Shown here in pieces: positions 1-11,132 of a DNA stretch of 35,009 nt. The notes below the pieces were generated by a model. The model saw nothing but the letters and a program-made list of their open reading frames with translations. It was not told where the DNA came from and made no database searches. Positions within the stretch are counted from its first letter, which is position 1; each line of letters begins with the position of its first letter. Position numbers and translations under genes: made by a program. Source of the stretch: Macrostomum lignano (Eukaryota); NCBI GenBank assembly GCA_002269645.1, contig NIVC01004790.1:1-35009 (forward strand), read 5' to 3'.

Positions 1-440
1 TTACGATCCTACCATATTTGATTTAAAAAAACATGGCATGCTCACGTAGAGCGAAATGACAGTCTCGTGGAATTATGAGGCCACGTGCGCGCTGAGCTCG
101 CCCAGCTCACTGAGAGGGGATGCTGGGTGACGCCAGCCTCCCATGCAGGCACTCCCCCACGCGTCAAACAAGCCTTGGATACAAAACGTAGGAAGCTGGG
201 AAATGATCTAACTGTGAACACGATGTCTGTTTGATCGCGTTTCTTTAGAAACAAAATCAAGTTACCAATGCGTCGAATATAGAAACTGATGGCTGCTCAT
301 TCGTCACGCAGTTCTTGTCACATTTCTTCTGTTAGTTAGATATTTATGGCCCATTGTGACATTCCAAAAATCAGAAACATTTAGCATAACATTTCTTCAC
401 ACTGTCCCTATAGCAATGGTCTTCCAAAACCGCCCTCAGC

Positions 441-2540
441 ACAGCGCCCATAGAACAGCGCCCATAGAACTGCGCCCATAGAACAGCGCCCATAGAACAG
501 CGCCCATAGAACAGCGCCACCAGAAAAGCGCCCATAGAACAGCGCCCATAGAACAGCGCCCATAGAAAAGCGCCCATAGAACAGCGCCACCAGAAAAGCG
601 CCTATAGAACAGCGCCCATAGAACAGCGCCCATAGAACAGCGCCACCAGAAAAGCGCCCGTAGAAAAGCGCCCACAGAACAGCGCGCATAGAACACCGCC
701 ACAAGAAAAGCGCCCATAGAGCATGCAGCGCCCACAGAACAGCACCCATACAGCAGCGCCCATAGAACAGCGCCCATAGAACAGCGCCCATAGAACTGCG
801 CCCATAGAACAGCACCCATACAGCAGCGCCCATAGAACAGCGCCCATAGAACTGCGCCCATAGAACAGCGCCACCAGAAAAGCGCCCATAGAAAAGCGCC
901 CATAGAACAGCGCCCATAGAACTGCGCCCATAGAACAGCACCCATACAGCAGCGCCCATAGAACAGCGCCCATAGAACTGCGCCCATAGAACAGCGCCAC
1001 CAGAAAAGCACCCATAGAACAGCGCCCATAGAACAGCGCCCATAGAACGGCGCCCATAGAACGGCGCCCATAGAACAGCGCCCATAGAACAGCGCACATA
1101 GAACAGCGCCCATAGAATAGCGCCCATAGAACAGCGCCCCTAGAACAGCGCCCATAGAACAGCGCCCATAGAACAGCGCCCCTAGAACAGCGCACATAGA
1201 ACAGCGCCCATAGAATAGCGCCACCAGAAAAGCGCCCATAGAACAGCGCCACCAGAAAAGCGCCCATAGAAAAGCGCCCATAGAACAGCGCCCATAGAGC
1301 AGCGCCCATAGAACAGCGCCCATAGAACAGCGCCCATAGAACAGCGCCCATAGAACAGCGCCCATAGAAAAGCGCCCACAGAACAGCGCCCATAGAACAG
1401 CGCCCATAGAACAGCGCCACAAGAACAGCGCCCATTGAGCATGCAGCGTCCATATAACAGCACCCATAGAGCAGCGCCCATACCGGTAGAACAGCGTCCA
1501 TATAACAGCGCCCGAGCATAGCGCCCATAGAACAGCGCCACCAGAAAAGCGCCCATAGAACAGCGCCACCAGAAAAGCGCCCATAGAACAGCGCCCATAG
1601 AACTGCGCCCATAGAACAGCGCCCATAGAACAGCGCCCATAGAACAGCGCCACCAGAAAAGCGCCCGTAGAAAAGCGCCCACAGAACAGCGCGCATAGAA
1701 CACCGCCACAAGAAAAGCGCCCATAGAGCATGCAGCGCCCACAGAACAGCACCCATACAGCAGCGCCCATAGAACAGCGCCCATAGAACAGCGCCCATAG
1801 AACTGCGCCCATAGAACAGCACCCATACAGCAGCGCCCATAGAGCAGCGCCCATAGAACAGCGCCCATAGAACAGCGCCCATAGAACAGCGCCCATAGAA
1901 AAGCGCCACCAGAAAAGCGCCCATAGAACAGCGCCACCAGAAAAGCGCCCATAGAAAAGCGCCCATAGAACAGCGCCCATAGAGCAGCGCCCATAGAACA
2001 GCGCCCATAGAACAGCGCCCATAGAACAGCGCCCATAGAACAGCGCCCATAGAAAAGCGCCCACAGAACAGCGCCCATAGAACAGCGCCCATAGAACAGC
2101 GCCCATAGAACAGCGCCCATAGAAAAGCGCCCACAGAACAGCGCCCATAGAACAGCGCCCATAGAACAGCGCACAAGAACAGCGCCCATTGAGCATGCAG
2201 CGTCCATATAACAGCACCCATAGAGCAGCGCCCATACCGGTAGAACAGCGTCCATATAACAGCGCCCGAGCATAGCGCCCATAGAACAGCGCCACCAGAA
2301 AAGCACCCATAGAACAGCGCCCATAGAACAGCGCCCATAGAACGGCTCCCATAGAACGGCGCCCATAGAACAGCGCCCATAGAACAGCGCACATAGAACA
2401 GCGCCCATAGAATAGCGCCCATAGAACAGCGCCCACAGAACAGCGCCCATAGAACAGCGCCCATAGAAAAGCGCCCATAGAACAGCGCCCATAGAACAGC
2501 GCCCATAGAACAGCGCCCATAGAACAGCGCCCATAGAACA
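441..2540. repeat. 14-bp minisatellite (CAGCGCCCATAGAA)n, about 150 units, with variant units and internal block duplications
   Basis: Direct reading. The minus-strand translation has a 14-aa period (MGAVLWALFYGRCS), which equals 3 units. It probably lies in an intron of the ETS gene. Confidence 0.97.
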
Positions 2541-3443
2541 TCACCAACCGCACAGCGCCCAGTTTAACGACTCCATCTCTCTATTTTAGAAAATTCCCAA
2601 CATAAAACAATCCATTAAGTACCAGCAGAATATGAGTGATTTGCTCATTATTACTGTGAGGGAGCATGGAAAGGACCTGGGCCATTGCACCACCATGCCA
2701 CCATTTTCCTGAACATTTTTTTGGCCTCCGCGGGTGGTCCGTCAGGGATTCATGCCCTGGAGTTCCAGTTAGAGAACAGCATCAGCAGGCAAGTGCATGC
2801 CTGGTGTGACAACAAAGCGTGGGATGTCGCGGTGCCCCACTGAGAGCTCGGAGTCGGCAGATAAGGGCGACCCATTGTTGCGATGCGGTAACCCGCTGCT
2901 TCGAGTGCCGCATAGCGGTGAGAAAAGTTTTAACAGAGGCTCTCAACTTACCAAAGCAGCGGGGGCCGGAGGAAAAGGAGCAGTTAAATTTGGCTCATCA
3001 ATTCGTCAGCAAAGTTTTTTGTCCAGGTTAGATAGGGGCTGTAGGGTCACCTGCTCATATTTATAATTGGCTAGTGGGTGTGGCAAGTGGTAATTATTAC
3101 TATCGTATCAAGATTGAAAAATGACACCCCGAAAACATCTCCATGCAGCCCGCATTGCTTGGAGCGTTTTAGGACCATATTGGGATGTGCGTCCATATTT
3201 TGAATTGAGAAAAATCGAGGAACGTACAATGTTCTTTATTGTACCTTGAGTGCATTTTGCAGCTCAGGGTACAGTTTGGGAATGAGGCTGTGGATCTAAA
3301 ATGGCATCTATATCTATCCAAAAAGCGCAAGTAAAAGAATTCCGCGGTCGCCCACATCAAAATCCATCTTCAAATGCTCGCTTTTGGTTTGAATTCGAAC
3401 TCATTCACAACTAGCTGTTCCTAACGCACCGTCACCCCAGCAG

Positions 3444-4024
3444 GCTCTGGCCAAATCCAGCTCTGGCAGTTTCTACTGGAGCTGCTCTCCGACAACCGCA
3501 ACTCCGCCTGCATCGCCTGGGAGGGCACCAACGGCGAATTCAAGCTCGCCGACCCAGACGAGGTGGCCCGTCGATGGGGCGAGCGCAAGTCCAAGCCCAA
3601 CATGAACTACGACAAGCTGAGCCGGGCGCTGCGCTACTACTACGACAAGAACATCATGTCGAAGGTGCACGGCAAGCGCTACGCTTACAAGTTTGACTTT
3701 GCCGGCCTCGCTCAGGCGATGCAGCCGCCTCAAGCTGCCGACCCGTCCACGGCCGCCGCCGCCTACAAGTACCAGCAGCAGTACCAGCAGGAACTGCTGG
3801 TCGGCTCCGCCGGCTATTTTGCCGCCGCAGCCGCGACCAACGGCAAGCTGAACAACTTCTGCGGCATGATGGGCGGTGCTGCCGGATTCTTCCCTGGCAA
3901 CAGCGTTGGTGGCTACTCCTCCTGGGCCGCCGCCGCCGGCAATCAGTCGGCTGCCGCCGCCGCCGCCGCATCGCTGTACCACCCGAACATCTCCGGCTAC
4001 CCAGGCGCGCAATACTATGCCTAG
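3444..4024 (+). CDS. Terminal exon of an ETS-domain transcription factor, ERG/FLI1/FEV subfamily
   Basis: After the acceptor ccccagcag, a phase-1 exon reads (G)[85 protein letters not shown]. An Ala/Gln-rich tail follows, with TAG at 4022-4024. Upstream exons were not identified in the window. Confidence 0.95.
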
Positions 4025-4167
4025 GACAGTGAAATGTTTGAATCACAAAACCCCGGAGTAAAAATCCTCTTTAGCAGTCTGGTTCAGAGACTTACAGCAG
4101 CACATAAGCAAGTTTCTGGGTCATTTTTTACCATTTCAATACCATGAACCAAAATAGGTCACTCTCC

Positions 4168-4207
4168 AATAGAATAGAATAAAATAGAATAGAATAGAAA
4201 TAGAATC
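4168..4207. repeat. (AATAG)n microsatellite
   Basis: About 8 slightly imperfect units, read directly. Confidence 0.85.
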
Positions 4208-4357
4208 TCTATCAGTCTATCCGCAAAGTTATCAATTGGCACTTCTCTCTACAGAACTTTAAAGACACTCTTAAATCGTTACATTTTCCAACAGAGGTCC
4301 TGTCTGTTTACAAAAAAATAGTTCGACCAAACTACGAACATTGAGCGGGCCGGATTG

Positions 4358-4430
4358 CTAGTGTGAAGTTTTAAAGGACCCCGAGGGCCGGATAGAGAGG
4401 CTTCGTGGTCGGGAGTTTGCCGAACCCCTG
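4358..4430 (-). mobile_element. Terminal fragment of a hAT-like non-autonomous DNA transposon, same family as 20082-20668
   Basis: The reverse complement caggggttcggcaaactcccgacca..gcctctctatccggccctcggggtcctttaaaacttcacactag aligns by eye with 20082-20170. Confidence 0.6.
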
Positions 4431-6130
4431 GTTGCTTCAATTGAGTTGCTACTCCATGTCGAGGGTCTGCCTGGTGTAGAACAGCAGCTGGGCTTTGTTG
4501 GCAAGCAAAAATTTTTGTTCCCTTTTGCGTTTTTACTGAATTTCCTTATGTTTTGAATTCGAGTTTCTGAATTTGCTTTTTCGTGTCTCGTAGGACTATT
4601 TTTGGCAACAATATCCCATTTATAGCCTCGGTTCACATCATGCTGATTAATTTCTCTGACTTCAAAAATTAATGTTAGTGATTTCGGGGCTTCGTCAGTG
4701 ACTTGGTCTTCGGAAGTGTGACCTCTGCCTCTCTTTCTGCTTCTTCCGTCTATTGTGTTTTTTTACTAAGAACCAAACGGTGTCCCCGTGAGAGACCCAT
4801 GATTAAAACAATTTTTGTTGACAATAACCTACCTGCTCACCAAGAGTCCAATGCTCACTTGTTTAGCCTGGCTTTAAATACTCGGTTTTGTCACCTACGG
4901 ATTGAAATTTGTAGCTTGTTCTGTAAATAAAATTGCTCAGTTTTCAAGTTTGCAATTAAAAAAATTGACTCCAAGCATTCTTCTTCTGTTCGGTTGGCTC
5001 AGTGCCAAGTCAACAGGCTCTAAGAAGGGCAGCATGTCGAAAAGGATTTTCGCCTACAAGAGACGACACGTGCGAAAATACCCATTGAAAATTAGTCAGT
5101 CTGGAAATCTTTTATATAGCTGTAAAAAATTAGAAACTGAATTAAAGAGATTTTTTGTTAATGTGAAGTGATTGTTGGTTAGCAATTTATAAGGGGGCAC
5201 TTAATGCTGCGGAGACGTTGTCATGGTCTTTGCAGTAAAAAAGATCTTGGAGTGATTGCCTTATCGGGATCAGGGACGTTTAAGCTACGAGTTAGAAGCC
5301 TGGATTGGGAATTTTGTGCTTTAAGAGGGCCGTTCTTGCCGTAACATTTCAAATTTTCGCTTGTTGACAGAAGTTGCTGTTAACGACATCGAGAGCTGGA
5401 AAGTGGAAAGCATGCAACGAAAAATATCATTTTTGGAGTGCAGTGTATGAAATGTTTGAATTTTTTGTAGAAAACTTTCTGGATACTTCAGATTGATAGA
5501 AATTAGGTAATTATTAAATAAAATATGCAAAGATAAGTATTAATAAAATCGAGAAATTTAACCACGATTCTCTTGCTGCCAGTCCAGATTCTATCTTCAG
5601 AACTCCCTGGTTGAATCAAAGCTAACTTGCGTTGCCTTCTTCCCCCAAGAACACGCGGTTCCCTACGATGTGGCACTCCCACTCCTCCCCTCATCCTCTC
5701 TCCTCGCTGTGCTCGCACAGGTAAATAGAGGTTGTGAGGCATTAAAATTGTGTAATTAGCTTCCTCAGTCCTTGACGAGATCCATTACTGCACCTAGCTC
5801 TGGGGAGCAAATGTCGAGCCCTTGAGGCCTTCTCTTTCTTTCCTTCCTCCTTTCTTCATGTGATGACTATGTTAGATTATTATTAAGGCATACGGTATAA
5901 AGACAGACTCAGGCCAGAGCAGGACATCGCGCTTGTATCAGGCAGCCATGCGCAGGCTTTAATGAGAGAGTCAGAAATGATTGGACCGGCACCCGTATTT
6001 GACCGTGATTTTGGATAGCATAATTATGAGACTTTTAATTTGAGGAAGAGCATGGTTATGGTGGATGAAATAAATGAAATTTGGGCTCTTGATGATTCAT
6101 TTTTGATGACATTCTATAAGAGGAGTGAAT

Positions 6131-8295
6131 CTCCGTATTTAGATTCCTGTGGATGGGCGATTCTCTCCTTATTTAGATTCTTGCAGATGGGCGATTCTCT
6201 CCTTATTTAGATTCTTGCAGATGGGCGATTCTCCGTATTTAGATTCTTGCAGATGGGCGATTCTCTCCTTATCTAGATTCCTGCAGATGGGCGATTCTCT
6301 CCTTATTTAGATTCCTACAGATGAGCGATTCTCTCCGTATTTAGATTCTTGCAGATGGGCGATTCTCTCCTTATTTAGATTCCTGCAGATGGGCGATTCT
6401 CTCCGTATTTAGATTCTTGCAGATGGGCGATTCTCTCCGTATTTAGATTCCTGCAGATGGGCGATTCTCTCCTTATTTAGATTCTTGCAGATGGGCGATT
6501 CTCCGTATTTAGATTCTTGCAGATGGGCGATTCTCTCCTTATTTAGATTCCTGCAGATGGGCGATTCTCCGTATTTAGATTCCTGCAGATGGGCGATTCT
6601 CCGTATTTAGATTCCTGTGGATGGGCGATTCTCTCCTTATTTAGATTCCTGCAGATGGGCGATTCTCTCCTTATTTAGATTCTTGCAGATGGGCGATTCT
6701 CTCCTTATTTAGATTCTTGCAGATGGGCGATTCTCCGTATTTAGATTCTTGCAGATGAGCGATTCTCTCCGTATTTAGATTCCTGCAGATGGGCGATTCT
6801 CTCCTTATTTAGATTCTTGCAGATGGGCGATTCTCTCCTTATTTAGATTCTTGCAGATGGGCGATTCTCTCCTTATTTAGATTCCTGCAGATGGGCGATT
6901 CTCTCCTTATTTAGATTCCTACAGATGAGCGATTCTCTCCTTATTTAGATTCCTGCAGATGGGCGATTCTCCGTATTTAGATTCTTGCAGATGGGCGATT
7001 CTCTCCTTATTTAGATTCTTGCAGATGGGCGATTCTCTCCGTATTTAGATTCTTGCAGATGAGCGATTCTCCGTATTTAGATTCTTGCAGATGGGCGATT
7101 CTCTCCTTATTTAGATTCTTGCAGATGGGCGATTCTCCGTATTTAGATTCTTGCAGATGAGCGATTCTCTCCGTATTTAGATTCTTGCAGATGGGCGATT
7201 CTCTCCTTATTTAGATTCTTGCAGATGGGCGATTCTCTCCTTATTTAGATTCTTGCAGATGGGCGATTCTCCGTATTTAGATTCTTGCAGATGGGCGATT
7301 CTCTCCTTATTTAGATTCTTGCAGATGGGCGATTCTCCGTATTTAGATTCTTGCAGATGGGCGATTCTCCGTATTTAGATTCTTGCAGATGGGCGATTCT
7401 CCGTATTTAGATTCTTGCAGATGAGCGATTCTCCGTATTTAGATTCTTGCAGATGGGCGATTCTCCGTATTTAGATTCCTGCAGATGGGCGATTCTCCGT
7501 ATTTAGATTCTTGCAGATGGGCGATTCTCTCCGTATTTAGATTCCTGCAGATGGGCGATTCTCTCCTTATTTAGATTCTTGCAGATGGGCGATTCTCTCC
7601 TTATTTAGATTCTTGCAGATGGGCGATTCTCCGTATTTAGATTTCTGCAGATGGGCGATTCTCCGTATTTAGATTCTTGCAGATGGGCGATTCTCCGTAT
7701 TTAGATTCTTGCAGATGAGCGATTCTCCGTATTTAGATTCTTGCAGATGGGCGATTCTCCGTATTTAGATTCCTGCAGATGGGCGATTCTCCGTATTTAG
7801 ATTCTTGCAGATGGGCGATTCTCTCCGTATTTAGATTCTTGCAGATGGGCGATTCTCTCCGTATTTAGATTCTTGCAGATGAGCGATTCTCTCCGTATTT
7901 AGATTCTTGCAGATGGGCGATTCTCTCCTTATTTAGATTCTTGCAGATGGGCGATTCTCCGTATTTAGATTCTTGCAGATGGGCGATTCTCTCCGTATTT
8001 AGATTCCTGCAGATGGGCGATTCTCTCCGTATTTAGATTCTTGCAGATGGGCGATTCTCTCCGTATTTAGATTCCTGCAGATGGGCGATTCTCTCCGTAT
8101 TTAGATTCTTGCAGATGGGCGATTCTCTCCGTATTTAGATTCCTGCAGATGGGCGATTCTCTCCTTATTTAGATTCCTGCAGATGGGCGATTCTCTCCGT
8201 ATTTAGATTCTTGCAGATGAGCGATTCTCTCCGTATTTAGATTCTTGCAGATGGGCGATTCTCTCCGTATTTAGATTCCTGCAGATGGGCGATTT
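6131..8295. repeat. 32/34-bp minisatellite (GATTCTCTCC[T/G]TATTTAGATTC[T/C]TGCAGATG[G/A]GC)n, about 65 units
   Basis: Direct reading. Units are contiguous with no unique spacers. Length varies by a CT dinucleotide indel. Confidence 0.97.
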
Positions 8296-9468
8296 TCCAA
8301 ACCAAGTTGGATTCCGTGAGCCGAAGGGCATTTGACAAGCCATGAAAGAGAAGCGTCACAATTATTTCAGAATTAAGATTGGTGATCAACGTTTAAAATA
8401 AAAAGAACGTCTTTCCGATCGTCCATTATTCATCAAGGTTGTTTATTGTTAACTGTCGAACGTTTCTGTTAATCCAATTGAACAATGACGCAACTGCTAC
8501 GGATGGGGGTCTTTGATTTCCGAGTTCTTCATCAGTCGCGTGCAGCATTCATTCAATGCGCCCACCGGCTCGGCCAACAAGGACCTTTAAAATCGCCGGA
8601 TTGGAAGGCGAGTAGAGAAAATGGATTTTATTTTCCTCTTAGCAATAAACAGATATATGGGAGTTCATTTTTATTGAGTGCATTTCAGCAACAAGATATA
8701 CGAATAGGTTCAAAACTTTTTCATGATTTTTGACTCCCTTGTGACACCCTGGATCCGTCACTGTGTACATATTATTTGAAGTAAAACGACCCCTGGTTCG
8801 ATGTAAAATGATCAGCCTCCAGTCCAATCGTTTTTTTAATAATTCGTGGTCCATGGACACGGACTCGAATCATCAGAATCGGGCGCCGCCAGCAGCCACG
8901 TGACCTAGCAGGCGCCTTAATTTCCTGTGCCGGTCGATCGAGTTCTCATTTGCCGCAATCAAACTGCTATGAACAGATAACCATTAACGCATGCCAAACT
9001 TCGGAAGCTTATCAAGAAATTCAAATAAACCGCAGGGTGCTTCGAACTGGCGATATTTTCATAATTGCCGGCCGAGAAATATTAGCTCGAATTACACACT
9101 CAAACCCACCCCGTGTTGTCAGCATTAAGACAGCTGATGTCGTGCGGGGCCACCATGCAGTGTCTTTGGAGGAGTTTTGTTCTTGTCTAACATTTCCTTT
9201 GTTGCGGCTGAGTCATCGAGGTTAACAATATATTAATAATGAAAATATTTGTAGGAGGTATTTGTAGCCTCCTTGGGTTGGCACTCGTTCTCCGGAGGTA
9301 GCTTGATTATATCCTCGTTTCTGTGAGAAAATTGAATTTTATGGCATATGAGCCAATGCGCTGTTTCATGTCTTTGCAAGCGTGCTTACTACACTACTTA
9401 TTTAGCACCGATAGTAGAAAATTTTGGGAGTATCACAATTTTGCGACAAAAATAAGGAATTTTACATA

Positions 9469-10055
9469 AGTAGCTTAGGGTTGTCATGAATAGCTTAGAG
9501 TTGTCATGAGTAGCTTAGGGTTGTCATGAATAGCTTAGAGTTGTCATGAGTAGCTTAGGGTTGTCATGAGTAGCTTAGAGTTGTCATGAGTAGCTTAGGA
9601 TTGTCATAGTAGCTTAGTGTTGTCATGAGTAGCTTAGAGCTGTTATGAGTAGCTTAGGGTTGTCATGAGTAGCTTAGGGTTGTCATGAGTAGCTTAGGAT
9701 TGTCATGAGTAGCTTAGGGTTGTCATGAGTAGCTTAGGGTTGTCATGAGTAGCTTAGGATTTTCATGAGTAGCTTAGGATTGTCATGAGTAGCTTAGGAT
9801 TGTCATAGTAGCTTAGGGTTGTCATGAGTAGCTTAGTGTTGTCATGAGTAGCTTAGGGTTGTCATGAGTAGCTTAGGATTGTCATGAGTAGCTTAGGATT
9901 GTCATAGTAGCTTAGGGTTGTCATGAGTAGCTTAGTGTTGTCATGAGTAGCTTAGGGTTGTCATGAGTAGCTTAGGATTGTCATGAGTAGCTTAGGATTT
10001 TCATGAGTAGCTTAGAGTTGCCGTGAGTAGCTTGGAGTTGCCGTGAGTAGCTTAG
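9469..10055. repeat. 20-bp minisatellite (GTAGCTTAGGGTTGTCATGA)n, about 29 units
   Basis: Direct reading. The variable hexamer is TTAGGG, TTAGGA, TTAGAG or TTAGTG. Confidence 0.96.
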
Positions 10056-10721
10056 CTTATGGGCGCTTGTGAATACAAGCCAGGATTTTCTGTTTCTGGA
10101 GTTGCGTCCGTGACGAAATATTTTAGGGATAAGAAAGAGCAAGGCTCTCGATATCGTATGAAGTATTTTCATTTTTTTCGGAAATGCCTGACTTAGGGGC
10201 TTTATATTGCGCTCTGTTAAGGTGCTGAAATGAGCGAAATTGGCTCTTGAGCACTCTCGAGTAATCGTTCTACCCGCATCGGATGCTTCAATCCTCTCCT
10301 GGGTCTCAGCTCCATTGTTATTCAACAGGGCCATCTTGCAGCCCTCAGGCCTCATTCGAACCTTTTTTGAAAATCCCCTCAATTCTGGGCTGGAACTCAG
10401 AGCGGTCTCGGTGACGGCCTGATGGGGGACTCCGCCGCTTTCCCAGCTGGCAAGGCAGGCAGGTGGGGCAATAGAACAAATTTCAGGCAATCGACTGGAG
10501 GCAGAGGGCTGACTACAATAGATCCTCACTCCTAAAGTATTCCCCCATATAGTTTCTCTCTCTCTCTTCAGTATGCGCAATGTTTATTGGAGTATCCATG
10601 GCAACGAGGAGACAGCAATCTGCCGGAGAACCCAGTCCGGCAGCAGCAGAGAGCCCGACCGCCCCAGCCTCCCAAGCTAACATCTGTCATTGCTCTCGCC
10701 ATCAGTTTGCGCGTACTCGCG

Positions 10722-10724
<3 letters not shown>

Positions 10725-10796
<72 letters not shown>
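10725..10796. repeat. (GA)36 microsatellite upstream of the P4-ATPase start
   Basis: Perfect dinucleotide run. Confidence 0.97.
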
Positions 10797-10800
<4 letters not shown>

Positions 10801-11132
10801 CCACCAGGAGGCCTGCCGGCACTGCCAGAAATGCAGGCCCGCTTGGCTAAAGGGGAGAGGCGGATCGCAGCGGGAGGGTAGAGAATGGGTAGCATAGACA
10901 GGCTTTGTTTCAGCCAGTCTCAGCCTCATCGCCCAAACCTCCATTCCCAAACTCAAGCCGCGTCCGCACCAAACTCATTTAAGCCTGTTTCAGCGCGAAC
11001 CCATCTATATGAAGGAATTTTCCCGACTCCCACACTACCGTAGCTTGCCGCACTCCCACACCACAGCCTCCCAGTAGTGCAACATCTGTCTTCAAGCGCA
11101 ACAGAGTTACCCGGCGGAGTAGCTTAGCAACG

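Noticed and set aside
371-2553. Long minus-strand ORFs up to 705 aa (MGAVLWALFYGRCS repeats)
   Set aside because: The 14-bp unit has no stop codon in any minus frame, so all frames are open by construction. These are not genes.
5592-5720. Possible exon bounded by ttcag and cag|gtaaat
   Set aside because: There is an open frame but no homology or partner exons, so a gene cannot be supported.
6131-8295. CRISPR-like array (32-34 bp repeats)
   Set aside because: Units are contiguous with no unique spacers, there are no cas genes, and the context is eukaryotic.
8747-8763. Solo transposon-like end CCCTGGATCCGTCACTG
   Set aside because: It resembles CAGTGGCGGATCCAG-type termini, but no partner end or TSD was found.
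9981-10580. 199-aa minus-strand ORF, a possible divergent gene
   Set aside because: It ends in the satellite, starts next to a CT run and has no recognisable domain.
10568-10956. (RE)n and (SL)n ORFs
   Set aside because: Translations of the (GA)36 run.
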